Under the pieces are notes generated by a model that searched no databases, was not told where the DNA came from, and worked only from the letters and a program-made list of their open reading frames with translations. A stretch of 64,000 bases of DNA, from positions 63,116,001-63,180,000 of the forward strand of contig OX597833.1 of the NCBI GenBank assembly GCA_951406725.2, written 5' to 3'. Below are positions 1-12,515 of this stretch, in pieces. The stretch is from Octopus vulgaris (lineage: Eukaryota). The number at the start of each line of letters is the position of its first letter. Positions within the stretch are counted from its first letter, which is position 1. A program made the translations under genes and the position numbers.

Positions 1-28
1 TTGTTGTTGTTGTTGTTGTTTGTTATTT

Positions 29-250
29 AAGGCGACGAGCTGGCAGAATCGTCATCAGGCCGGGCAAAAAACTTGGTATTTCTTTCGTCTGCCGTTACGT
101 TCTGAGTTCAAATTCCGCCGAGGTCGACTTTGCCTTTCATCGTTTCGTGGGTCGATAAATTTAAGTACCAGTTGCGCACTGGGGTCAATGTAATCGACTG
201 TTCCCCTCCTAGCAAATTTCAGGCCTCGTGCCTCTTGTAGAAAGGATTAT
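29..250 (+). mobile_element. tRNA-derived SINE, family B, tail type 2
   Basis: Head AAGGCGACGAGCTGGCAGAA, B-box-like GAGTTCAAATTCC, central GTCGACTTTGCCTTTCATC...GTCGATAAATTTAAGTACC, tail AAATTTCAGGCCTCGTGCC..GTAGAAAGGATTATT. About 11 loci in the window. Confidence 0.85.
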
Positions 251-941
251 TAATATTATTGTTGTTACTGCTATTCCTCCTCCTCCTCCTCCTCATCGTC
301 GTCGTCATCATCATCATCATCCTCATCACCAATATTTTCCTCATCAATTTCTTCTTCTTCTTCTTCTTCTTCTTCTTCTTCTTCTTCTTCTTCTTCTTCA
401 ACCCCCACCCCCACCCACCTCACCAAAACGATCATCATCATCAGCATCATCATCATCATTATTATCATCACCATCTTCTTTTTCTTTTTCTTCTTCTACT
501 CCCTTCTACTCTTCCTCTCCCCCCTTTTCTTCCACTTTCTCTTCTTTCTCCTCCCATTTGAGCACTGCGGTTAATGTTATCGATTCCCGTCCCCCCACCA
601 TTCTTGATTGCTGTCCTTGTGCCAAAATTAAAGAGAATTATTAAATTTTATTGAATTATGACTGAATTACATCATGATACTGCAAGCACACAACTGTTGT
701 AAAGAATATTTACCATTTGTAGGAGCAATTCCCTAGAAGACCAGGAACATATATTTCGTTGCCAGCAACGTGTATACTTTATGCAATCTTAGGTTAGAAA
801 GTACAAAAACAAAAACAAAAACAACGAAAACAGCAGCAGCTGCAATAACAACAACGTAAAATATATAACACTACCTCGTTCAGCTTTCTCCACTTTGAAG
901 TAAAGTCTGAATATATTTTACCTTGAGCAGTCCTAGCTCCT

Positions 942-978
942 GACTCTTGACAAATGTCTTCGATCCGAAACGTCATCT
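942..978 (+). other. Degenerate Penelope-type minimal hammerhead-like motif
   Basis: TTGACAAATGTCTTCGATCCGAAACGTCA resembles CTGACGAAG-stemII-CGAAACGTCA, but the core is mutated. Confidence 0.35.
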
Positions 979-1101
979 CATTAAAATTTTTTTTATTTAC
1001 AGTGACTATGCTTCAACTACCACAATTCCCCGCACACTAGATACCGACTTTCTAAAGATTAAAAGAAAAAACAGGAATGTTTTGAACCGGTACTTTACCG
1101 T

Positions 1102-1122
1102 TTATTATTATTATTATTAATA

Positions 1123-1159
<37 letters not shown>

Positions 1160-1176
1160 CATTATTATTATTATTA

Positions 1177-1274
<98 letters not shown>

Positions 1275-1821
1275 GAGTGAGAGAGCAATGCATGCCATCA
1301 AAGTGGCACTGGGGTAAAATATACGAAGCCCAGTTTACCCATCATGACTACCCGTCTGATAAAGGTACACCATGCACATGCATCACAACCATGTGTGTGC
1401 AACATAGTGATCTCATATCAAGATAAACAGCACATGACCTTGCAGGTGGGGCCCAGTTAGAATTTTCTTCAGGTCGAGTAACACATCCCGCTCAGAAGGT
1501 CCCTGAATAAATGTTGTTTAAGGATATTGAACGAAACACCCATGTTTGCAAAGGTGAATTATCCAAACCTCTAAGAATTCCTCTCAACACACGGCTATGA
1601 TGCTCACCCACTACTTCTGCTCGTGATGCACATATCGTCAGCCACTAAGGGACATGCTCAACTGGTTAAGGTCATACAACCGACAAGAAATTCTGTGGTA
1701 TTGAGTAGAATATTTGCTGTAGCCCATCTTTTATACCAAGATTTATTATTATCATTATTATTATTATTACTATTCTTCTTCTTCTTCTTCTTCTTCTTCT
1801 TCTTCTTCTTCTTCTTCTTCT

Positions 1822-1860
<39 letters not shown>

Positions 1861-1872
1861 TCTTCTTCCTCT

Positions 1873-1904
<32 letters not shown>

Positions 1905-1946
1905 TTCTTCCACTTCCTCTTCTTCTTCTTCTTCTTATTATTATTA

Positions 1947-2013
<67 letters not shown>

Positions 2014-2042
2014 CATTATTATCATCATCATTATCATTATTA

Positions 2043-2112
<70 letters not shown>
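1102..2112. repeat. (ATT)n and (TTC)n microsatellites split by an insertion
   Basis: Direct reading. (ATT)n lies on both sides of the 1275-1741 element. Confidence 0.95.
1275..1741 (-). mobile_element. Unclassified (AAT)n-embedded retroposon 3' segment (family D)
   Basis: Reverse complement of 15914-16334; other copies at 12516-12589 and 26348-26592. All share the 3' end CTCTC-ACTC-(AAT)n, with variable 5' truncation. Confidence 0.8.
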
Positions 2113-2113
<1 letters not shown>

Positions 2114-2589
2114 TAATTCCCCAGGTAATTACAGATAAGGGTTATCATCTGAACATCTGTAATTATCAGAGGAAAATGATAAAAACGAAATGATAACTGG
2201 GTCAGCCTTCTTTTTAATTCAAGGTTGGGAACCTCGTATGCTTGAAATCTCATTCAGCTAAGACACCCCTCACTTCCCCCTCCCCCTCCCTCCACGAAGT
2301 AGATCTCTTTTACGCCGGCCTTAACTTTTCCATCTCTCACTCCCCCTGTCTTTCTTCTCTTGCTCCGTTATCCTCTCCCTCTTTTTTTCTCCTTCTCACC
2401 CCATCTCCTCTTCTTCTCTTTCTCTTTCTCCCTCTCTCATTCGCTATTTCTTTTTCTCCATTTGCAATACCCGAGAGACATCTACTGGAAGGTTTTATTC
2501 CAAACACGGTATGTTTGTATATAGATACATGTGCACTCGCACTCATGTATATAGATACATGTGTGTGAGTGCATATATATATTATTATA

Positions 2590-2659
<70 letters not shown>

Positions 2660-2669
2660 CATCAAGAAC

Positions 2670-2739
<70 letters not shown>

Positions 2740-2750
2740 CATTCATATAG

Positions 2751-2795
<45 letters not shown>

Positions 2796-2799
2796 TATA

Positions 2800-3220
2800 C
2801 TCTTTTACTCTTTTACTCTTTTACTTGTTTCAGTCATTTGACTGCGGCCATGCTGGAGCAACGCCTTTAATCGAGCAACTCGACCCCGGGACTTATTCTT
2901 TTGTAAGCCCAGTACTTATTGTATCGGTCTCTTTTGCCGAACCGCTAAGTAACGGGGACATAAACACACCAGCATCGGTTGTCAAGCAATGCTAGGGGGA
3001 GAAACACAGACACACAAACACAGACACACAAACACACACACGCATATATATATATATACATATATACGACGGGCTTCTTTCAATTTCCATCTACCAAATC
3101 CACTCACAAGGCCTTGGTGGACCCGAGGCTATAGTAGAAGACACTTGCCCAAGGTGCCACGCAGTGGGACTGAACCCGGAACCATGTGGTTGGTAAACAA
3201 GCTACTTACCACACAGCCAC
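2800..3220 (-). mobile_element. CORE-like tRNA SINE, family A, full bipartite copy
   Basis: Minus strand: GTGGCTGTGTGGTAAG head, GGTTCAGTCCC box, ACCTTGGGCAAGT core-like motif, internal (TA)/(TG) microsatellite, tail ending AAGTAAAAGAGTAAAAGAG. Confidence 0.85.
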
Positions 3221-3221
3221 T

Positions 3222-3301
<80 letters not shown>

Positions 3302-3670
3302 TATGTAATATGTATACACTACACACACACACACATACAGGAATATATATCTGTTTAAATATGTTTGGGATATGTTAGGGGTTTTACTAGTGGTAATGTA
3401 GCCTCACCCCGCCGGTAAACCCCATGCACTGGAGCCAATGGTATTGATTTATTTATGGACCGTAAGTCACAGCAAATGCAGACTAGAAGTCCGCGTGACC
3501 CGTGAGGCCTCTGGCCAATTGCCTAGTGTACCCATGTGTTAAGGCAGCCCTGGATATATTTGATCTTGTTTTTAGGGCTCTTTGACATAATCGGTGAAGG
3601 CATTGCTAGCTTCTCTGCCATCAACAGCGCTGTGTACCGAAAGAAAGACATTGGAATCCATCGAGCCCTT

Positions 3671-4056
3671 CTATCTATCTATCCGCTCAGTCGAAGTCGA
3701 CTCTCGGTTACTCGACGTGTCAGTGTCCTCCAGCCAGTTCTATCCTGGGTCGCTTCTTTCAGATTGGATATATCCATTCCCGTGTCACTCTTGATGGTTC
3801 AAGCCAGAGGGTCTTGGTCGGCCTCTTCCTCTCTTGCCACTGACCATTCCGAGCATGATGTCCTTCTCCAGGGATTTTCTCCGCATAATTTGACCAAAAT
3901 ATGTCAATCTATGCTTGGTGATCCTAGCTTCCAGCGACAGTTTCGGCTTGATCTGGTTAAGAACTTCTCCATTGGTGAGCCTCGCTGTCCATGGAATCCG
4001 TAAAAGTCTTCTCCAACACCAAAGCTCGAATGCATTAATTCTCTTCTGGTCAGCTC
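3671..4056 (-). mobile_element. RTE-BovB-like LINE, 3' fragment
   Basis: Minus translation ADQKRINAFELWCWRRLLRIPWTARLTN..LSLEARITKHRLTYFGQIMRRKSLEKDIMLGMVSGKRGRGRP..QDRTGWR..VTESRLRLSG*, followed by a short (GATA) tail. This is the typical RTE C-terminus. Confidence 0.9.
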
Positions 4057-4466
4057 CTTGTGTCCTTATGGTAAATCATACCAAAATACGAGCTGATTAC
4101 GTGTGACGCCTAGAGTAGAGGTAAAATATTGTAGCAAGTCCAAGAAAGCAGTGTGGCGAGGAGACAAACATTTAAATCATTTCGGATATGTTTGGAACAT
4201 ATTTTACCTGCTTAAAGGCCGTATTCGTCGCAATTTGCCGTCGAAAAGAATTCTCGCTTTAGGCAATAACGGATACAAAAAACCAATACTCAGTTTTATT
4301 TCAAGGCACGCTCTGTTATCGCTCAATACATTTCTAGCTCCTTGGCTATTACCATTGCCATGTAGAACATCTGTCTGTCTGTCTTTTGTCTGTATATGTA
4401 CATGGCTATCATCTATTTGTCTGTCTGTCTGTCTTTTTATCTATCAATCAATCAATCTATTTACCC

Positions 4467-4555
<89 letters not shown>

Positions 4556-4597
4556 CCCATCTATCTACCCATCTATGTATGTATGTATGTATGTATG

Positions 4598-4631
<34 letters not shown>

Positions 4632-4916
4632 TGTATGTATGTATGTATGTATCCTTCTATCTATCTATCTATCTACCTACCAACTTATCAACTTATCTAT
4701 CTATCGATCTGTCTGTCTGTCTGTCCCTCTCTCTCTCTCTCTCTGCCTATCCATCTACAGATATATAAGTACGTAAAGAGGTCGCTCAAATGGTGTATGA
4801 AATAATTTAGTAACATTTTATGGGGGACATATATCTTCTCATATAGATGTTAGCTTGTATTATTGTTATTATTATTATTATTATTATTATCATTATTATT
4901 ATTATTATTATTATTA

Positions 4917-4981
<65 letters not shown>

Positions 4982-5157
4982 GGATGGTTTGTTTCCCTTT
5001 TATCTTGTCTAATGTGTGGTCCCCACCTCTTGTTAAACAGAGCGCGACGTTTCCATGCGCTCACATAACAACTTACAAATGTATGCATGCATGTATACGA
5101 GGATTTTTGTACGAATATGTATATATATGTATGTATATATGTATGTGTGTTTGTATG

Positions 5158-5188
<31 letters not shown>

Positions 5189-5331
5189 TTATACATATAT
5201 ATATGTAAAAACTCTGAAACTCACAGAACTTGGCAAGAATAAGGCTTCGTTTTGAATTATCATTTACGCAGGAAGATGTACCTACATGCATACATACATA
5301 CATACATACATACATACATACATACATACAC

Positions 5332-5500
5332 CAGGAGTGGCTGTGTGGTAAGAGGCTTGCTTCCCAACTGTATTTTTCCGGGTTCGGTCCTACTGCGTGG
5401 CGCCTTGGTCAAGCGTCTTCTAATATAGCCTCAGACCTACCGAAGCCTTGTGGATAGATTTGGCAGGCGGAAACCGTAAGAAGCCCGTTGTGTATACTGT

Positions 5501-5581
<81 letters not shown>

Positions 5582-5730
5582 GTACGTATGTATTCGTGCG
5601 TCTGTGTTTGTCCCCCCTCTACCTTCGCTTGACAGCCGATGTTGGTGTGTTTACGTCCACGTAACGTAACGGGTCGACAAAAGCGTACGATAGAATAAAG
5701 GACAACGCTTACAAAGAATAAGTCCTGGGG
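5332..5730 (+). mobile_element. SINE family A, diverged copy with internal (CA)n
   Basis: Homologous to 8034-8497. Confidence 0.75.
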
Positions 5731-5774
5731 GCCGCACACACGAACACACTAAAACACAAACATACAATGTTTAT

Positions 5775-5858
<84 letters not shown>

Positions 5859-5867
5859 TATATATAT

Positions 5868-5990
5868 AAATACAAAAATGGGGCAAGAACGCAAAACATT
5901 CAAATAGACGACACAAAACAACGGACGGGTCATTCGAATCCTCTAATCTTCAGTCAAGAACCGGATCATCCTCGCAATTTCGGCTGATTA
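5868..5990. mobile_element. Unclassified dispersed repeat in (TA)n
   Basis: Matches 37432-37597 (ACAAAA-TGGG..AAGAACGCAAAACAT..GGACGGGTCATTCGAA..GCAATTTCGGCTGATTA). Confidence 0.7.
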
Positions 5991-6230
5991 TATATATATA
6001 TATATATATACACTCTCTCTCTCTCTCTCTCACACACCCACACGTTCACACACTCACATATGCGCATACATGTACGTACGTATGCATGTACTCATGTATG
6101 TCTGTACAACTATTCTTGTGTGGTTTCGTAGAAACTCAACTTTCAAACGATTTCGAAAGGAACCACGGAACTCACGTGTGTGCGTGTACTTAGAAATAGA
6201 TAAAGGGAGAGAGAGAAGGGGAGAGAGAGT

Positions 6231-6267
<37 letters not shown>

Positions 6268-6479
6268 TGAGAGATTCACACACACACACACATACACTAG
6301 CATAAACAATTTTATCTCATTGAGATTCTCCCCCAGGGGAATAATATATATTTATTTTTATAATAAAAAAAAAAAATAAAGCACGAAAACAATCTTTACC
6401 AGATGTAGCTGTTGTTGTTGTTGTTGTTGCTGTTGCGACTGTTGCTCATAACGATGATGATGATGAAGAAGAAGCAGAA

Positions 6480-6548
6480 GAAGAAGAAGGAAGAAGAAGA
6501 AAAAGAAGATGATGATGATGGTGAGGATGATGGTGAGGAATAATATTG

Positions 6549-6600
<52 letters not shown>

Positions 6601-6704
6601 GAAGAAGAAGATGGGAGGGGAAGAGGAGGAGAAGGCGAAGAGCAAGAAGAAGAAGAAAAAGAAGATGATGATGATGGTGAGGATGATGGTGAGGAATAAT
6701 ATTG

Positions 6705-6787
<83 letters not shown>

Positions 6788-7090
6788 ATGGGAGGGGAAG
6801 AGGAGGAGAAGGCGAAGAGCAAGAAGAAGAAGAAAAAGAAGAAGAAGGAGAAGGAGAAAAAGAAGAAGAATGAGAAGAAGAAGAAGAAGAAGAAGAAGAA
6901 GAAGAAGAAGATGATGATGATGGTGAGGATGATGTTGATGAATAGTATTGATAATAATAACAATAATAATAATAATAATAATAAGATGGAAGAGGAGGAG
7001 AAGGAGAAGAACAAGAAGAAGAAGAAAAAGAAGAAGAAAATGATGATGATGATGATGATGATGACGACGTTGGTGGTGATGATGGTGATG
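6480..7090. repeat. Tandemly repeated compound microsatellite block (GAA)n-(GAT)n-GGTGAGGA-(AAT)n, about 3 copies
   Basis: Unique spacers ATGGGAGGGGAAGAGGAGGAGAAGGCGAAGAGC and GGTGAGGATGATG recur. Confidence 0.85.
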
Positions 7091-7347
7091 AATTCTTGTT
7101 GTTCTGGTTGAAGATGATAGTGATGATGATGGTGATGACACCGTCGCTGCTTTTGATGATGAAGAAACTGTTGTTGATGATGATGATGACGATGATGACG
7201 GTGATGACGGTGTGATGACGGTCCGTAACTGTTTCGAAGAATCCTTGCTGCGACACGTTTTTACTGTTATACTTCAGCATTGTATTTGTAATCGTCGTCC
7301 TCGCCGCCATCATTCTCGCCACCGTTGCCCTCGCCGCAGTCGTACTC

Positions 7348-7862
7348 ACTACCTACCTACGTACCTACCTACTTACCTACGTACCTACCTACCTACCTAC
7401 CTACCTACCTACCTACCTACCTACCTGCCTACCTACCTACCTACATACCTACCTGCCTACCCACCTACCTGCCTACCTACACTACCTACCTACCTACCTA
7501 CCTGTCTACCTTCCTACCTACCTACCTACTTACTACTACGTATCTACCTACCTACCTACCTGCCTACATGCCTACCTACCTACCTACCTACCTACCTACC
7601 TACCTACCTACCTACCTACAATCTTACCTACCTGCCTACCTCCAACCTACCTACCTACCTACTTACCTACCTACCTACCTACCTATATACCTACCTACCT
7701 ACATACTTACCTACCTACCTACCTACATACCTACCTACCTACCTACCTACCTACCTACCTACCTACCTACCTACCTACCTACCTACCTACCTACCTACCC
7801 ACATACCTACCCACCCAACTACCTACCTACCTACCTACCTACCTACCTGCCTACCTAACCAC
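7348..7862. repeat. (CCTA)n microsatellite
   Basis: Direct reading. Confidence 0.95.
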
Positions 7863-8033
7863 CTGTATGTTTGGTAAGAAGCTTGCTTTCCAACAACATT
7901 GTCCCGGGTTCAGTACTAATGCGTGGCACCTTGGCGAAGTGTCTTCTGTTAAAGGCTGACCAAAACTTTGTGACGGAAACTGAAAGAAACCCGTCGTATA
8001 TATGTGTGCGTGTGTGTATATATACACACATAT

Positions 8034-8200
8034 AGGCGCAGGAGTGGCTGTGTGGTAAGTAGCTTGTTTACCAACCACATGGTTCCGGGTTCAGTCCCAC
8101 TGCGTGGCACCTTGGGCAAGTGTCTTCTACTATAGGTTCAGGCCGACCAAAGCCTTATGAGTGGATTTGGTAGACGGAAACTGAAAAGAAGCTTGTCGTA

Positions 8201-8263
<63 letters not shown>

Positions 8264-8264
8264 A

Positions 8265-8296
<32 letters not shown>

Positions 8297-8497
8297 TGTG
8301 TGTATGTGTGTGTGTTTGTGTGTGTGTGTTTGTACTCCTAGCATTGCTTGACAACCGATGCTGGTGTGTTTATTCCGATAGAATAAGTACTGGGCTTACA
8401 AAAAAGAATAAGTACTGGGGTCGATTCGCTCGATTAAAGGCGGTGCTCCAGCATGGCCGCAGTCAAATGACTGAAACAAGTAAAAGAGTAAAAGAGT
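8034..8497 (+). mobile_element. SINE family A, full bipartite copy (degenerate head copy just upstream, about 7865-8000)
   Basis: AGGCGCAGGAGTGGCTGTGTGGTAAG head, core, (TA)n(TG)n, tail to AAGTAAAAGAGTAAAAGAG. Confidence 0.85.
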
Positions 8498-8634
8498 ATA
8501 TATGTATATATACATAAATAAAAAATAAAAAAAAAAAATATATATACACTTAAATAAATATATATGTATATATACACACATATATTTATATCTTTTCTTT
8601 TGGTGTTGCAGTTGGAAGATGACAAAGATAGTGG

Positions 8635-8960
8635 TGGAGGACGACGACGGCGACGATGACGGAAACAGTGCTGACGACGATGGTGACGGCAGGGAGGATG
8701 ACGGCGGTGAGGACGACGGCTGCGGGGCGGCGACGGCGGCGAGGACGACGGATGTGAGGACGACGGCGGAGAAGACGTCGGCGGCGAGGACGGCAACGGT
8801 GAAGACGACGGCGGCGAGGACGATTACATCGAGTGCAGAAGAAGTTGGCGATGACAACGACGATGGTGAAGCTGATGACGATGATTACGATAGGAACAAC
8901 AAAGACGGAGGCCGCAGTGACGGCGAGGACAATCGAATGATGACAGCGATGGCGGTGGCT
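8635..8960. repeat. Degenerate GAGGACGACGGCGGC minisatellite
   Basis: Reverse complement of the unit of the 10685-12220 array. Confidence 0.7.
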
Positions 8961-9254
8961 GCGGCGTAACTTGTACTTTTAGCCTCAAAACTTCATTTTG
9001 TTCGATTTGAAATTGTTCTAAACATGGAAAACAATAACAGAAACGCCAGCAGAAGACACATTGCTCTATTTTACCATTTCCTCCCAAAAGATTAATTAAT
9101 GAACTGCTAATTAGACGAACGCAGATTTTCTCGGCTGATTGCCTTTTACATTAACAAAACAATAAAATGGAAAAAAGAAAAGAAAAAAAGAAAATAAAAA
9201 CGGTCAATTCTTACTTGACAGTGGTTACAGAGGACCGTACACACACACACGCTG

Positions 9255-9308
<54 letters not shown>

Positions 9309-9402
9309 GTGATATGTGTGTGTGTGTGTGTGTGTGACAGCGTGTGTATCGTTGGCGATTTTCTTTCTACGTCTTCTCTTCCATGGACCTATATCTATCT
9401 AT

Positions 9403-10006
9403 CTATGGCTATGGCGAAAGAATGTATCTGGTGGTCGCGTCTGAAAGGATTGGAGACAAACACTTTCCTCTCTGGTCAATCTCTCATTAACTTCTTTAAG
9501 TATCACCTGAAAAGGAAAATGAGAGTAGAGAGGCAAGTTTTGTCTAGCGAATGTTTTAAAAAAAGATGGTTGAATGTAGCAAGGATGGCACGTATGAATG
9601 ACGAAGCCACCTTGAGCATAATCCTATGAACCCAGAAATTGAAAACAGAGGGTTACCCACTTGCAAACAAATGTGGTAACATATAACAATATTGACCGAG
9701 GTTACCGTGGTCTTTTTCGTAGGCTTTTCTTCCCACGGATAAACCTTATCTGCTTCCCCCTTTACACTGTACATCATGACACTGATACACGATCTCTATT
9801 GATCGTTTTTTCCCCTCTTCCCCTTTTTTCCTCTTTTTTCTTCTTTTTCTTTTCTTTTTGTTTCTTTTCCTTTTTTTCTTTTTTCCCTTTTACGATCCCT
9901 TTTGATCGAAAACCTACACCACTTTTTTTTTTCATCCCCCAAAAGAAAAGCTCTACCTTGTAATTTGTCCCATCAGTGTGCAGCCCTGTATGGCTAATAA
10001 AGAAAC
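9403..10006 (+). mobile_element. Tx1/L1-type non-LTR retrotransposon 3' end (ORF2 C-terminus and 3' UTR), subfamily A
   Basis: MAKECIWWSRLKGL...FKKRWLNVAR...* (AKxxIWxxR motif), T-rich UTR, AATAAA at 9996. (CTAT) repeats on both sides. Homologous to 62976-63612. Confidence 0.7.
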
Positions 10007-10011
10007 TTATA

Positions 10012-10067
<56 letters not shown>

Positions 10068-10076
10068 CATCTATCC

Positions 10077-10127
<51 letters not shown>

Positions 10128-10135
10128 CATCTATC

Positions 10136-10193
<58 letters not shown>

Positions 10194-10239
10194 AAAGACA
10201 GGAATGTCATGGCTGGACCAATTTTTTTTTGTTTTACTG

Positions 10240-10430
10240 GTGTTGAACTCATGATCGGAAGATTGTGGTTTCGATTCCTGGACCGGGCAACGCGTTCTGA
10301 TCTCTAATGTTGCTACATTCCACTCAGCCGGCAACAATGAGTCAATCCTGCGACAGACCGACGTCCCGTCCAGGTGGGAAGTATATACGCCATGAAACCG
10401 GGAAACCGGCCATTATGAGCCTATGAACTC
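10240..10430 (+). mobile_element. Diverged tRNA SINE related to family C, tail a
   Basis: GGTTTCGATTCC box; CGTCCCGTCCAG..TACGCCATGAAACCGGGAAACCGG is shared with 15495-15800 (minus). Confidence 0.6.
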
Positions 10431-10684
10431 CTTTGGCTCCTTTTTTACTTGGGTGGACCCTCCCAACCATTCAATGTCTAAAAAATCCTATTATTATATT
10501 TTTATAATCAAATATTATTAGTTATCACATAAAAAAAATTGTTAAAATATTTGCCGTATTGTAGAAATATAACCAATTTATGGCACACAATTTGTAACAG
10601 CAAAATGTTATATAGCCCCCACCCCCAAGGGCCATAGAGGTGAGCTGCAGATATTAAATACCTTTTTTACTACCGTCAAACACA

Positions 10685-12220
10685 CCGTCATCTTCGCCGC
10701 CGTCGTCCTCACAGCCGTCGTCTTCGCCGCCGTTGTCCTCGCCGCCGTCGTCCTCGCCGTTGTCCTCACCGCCGTCGTCCTCGCCGCCGTCGTCCTCGCC
10801 GCCGTCGTCCTCACCGCCGTCGTCTTCTCCGCCGTCGTCCTCACCACCGTCGTCCTCGCCGCCGTCGTCCTCACCGCCGTCGTCCTCGCCGCCGTCGTCC
10901 TCGCTGTCGTCCTCACGGACGTCGTCCTCGCCGCCGTCGTCTTCTCCGCCGTCGTCCTCTCTGTCGTCCTCGCCGCCGTCGTCCTCGCCGCCGTCGTCTT
11001 CTCCGCCGTCGTCCTCTCTGTCGTCTTCTCCGCCGTCGTCCTCACCGCCGTCGTCCTCGCCGCCGTCGTCCTCTCCGCCGTTGTCCTCGGTTGTCCTCAC
11101 CGCCGTCGTCCTCGCCGCCGTCGTCCTCGCCGCCGTCGTCCTCGCTGCCGTCGTCCTCGCCGTCCTCTCCGCTGTTGTCATCGCCGCCGTCGTCCTCGCC
11201 GCCGTCGTCCTCGCCGCCGTCGTCCTCTCCGCCGTTGTCCTCGCCGCCGTTGTCCTCGTCGCCGTTGTCCTCGCCGCCGTCGTCCTCGCCGCTGTCGTCT
11301 TCTCCGCCGTCATCCTCGCCGCCGTCGTCCTCGCCGCCGTCGTCCTCGCCGCCGTCGTCCTCGCCGCCGTCGTCCTTGCTGCCGTCGTCCTCGCTGCCGT
11401 CGTCCTCGCCGCCGTCGTCCTCGCCGCCGTCGTCCTCGCCGCCGTCGTCCTCGCTGCCGTCGTCCTCGCCGCCGTCGTCCTCTCCGCCGTTGTCCTCGCC
11501 GCCGTTGTCCTCGTCGCCGTTGTCCTCGCCGCCGTCGTCCTCGCCGCTGTCGTCTTCTCCGCCGTCGTCCTCGCCGCCGTCGTCCTCGCCGCCGTCGTCC
11601 TCTATCCTCACCGCCGTCGTCTTCTCCGCCGTCGTCCTCGCCGCCGTCGTCCTCTCCGCCGTTGTCCTCGTCGCCGTTGTCCTCGCCGCCGTCGTCCTCG
11701 CCGCCGTCGTCCTCGCTGCCGTCGTCCTCGCCGCCGTCGTCCTCTCCGCCGTTGTCCTCGCCGCCGTCGTCCTCGCCGCCGTCGTCCTCGCCGCCGTCGT
11801 CCTCTCCGCCGTTGTCCTCGCCGCCGTTGTCCTCGTCGCCGTTGTCCTCGCCGCCGTCGTCCTCGCCGCTGTCGTCTTCTCCGCCGTCATCCTCGCCGCC
11901 GTCGTCCTCGCCGCCGTCGTCCTCGCCGCCGTCGTCCTTGCTGCCGTCGTCCTCGCTGCCGTCGTCCTCACCGCCGTCGTCCTCGCCGCCGTCGTCCTCG
12001 CCGCCGTCGTCCTCGCTGCCGTCGTCCTCGCCGCCGTCGTCCTCTCCGCCGTTGTCCTCGCCGCCGTTGTCCTCGTCGCCGTTGTCCTCGCCGCCGTCGT
12101 CCTCGCCGCTGTCGTCTTCTCCGCCGTCGTCCTCGCCGCCGTCGTCCTCGCCGCCGTCGTCCTCTCCGCCGTCATCCTCACCGCCGTCGTCTTCTCCGCC
12201 GTCGTCCTCGCCGCCGTTGC
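10685..12220. repeat. GC/CpG-rich 15-bp minisatellite (GCCGCCGTCGTCCTC)n, about 1.5 kb
   Basis: Direct reading. Variant units recur in blocks. Confidence 0.97.
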
Positions 12221-12236
12221 CCTATCATCGTCATCG

Positions 12237-12276
<40 letters not shown>

Positions 12277-12515
12277 TATCATCGTTATTATTGCAGGAAT
12301 TTTAAAACTGGCAACTCTGAGTTTCACGTTTCTGATCTTCAGACGAAATGTGAAGAACCCGTTTGAAATGTTGTTGGCTCTTCAACTTTTGATCGAATAC
12401 TGTAGAGGCTTCCCAATTGCTTCGTTATTTTAGAATTGTTGTTGTTATGAGGGTGACCTATGATAAAAAGCATTCTAGCCACGGCCACCCCATCATTTTG
12501 CTGGTGGTAGTTATA

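Noticed and set aside
10608-12433. Long ORFs (up to 566 aa) resembling extensin/mucin or protamine-like proteins
   Set aside because: They are open in several frames on both strands because the 15-bp unit lacks stops; there is no unique domain or splice evidence.
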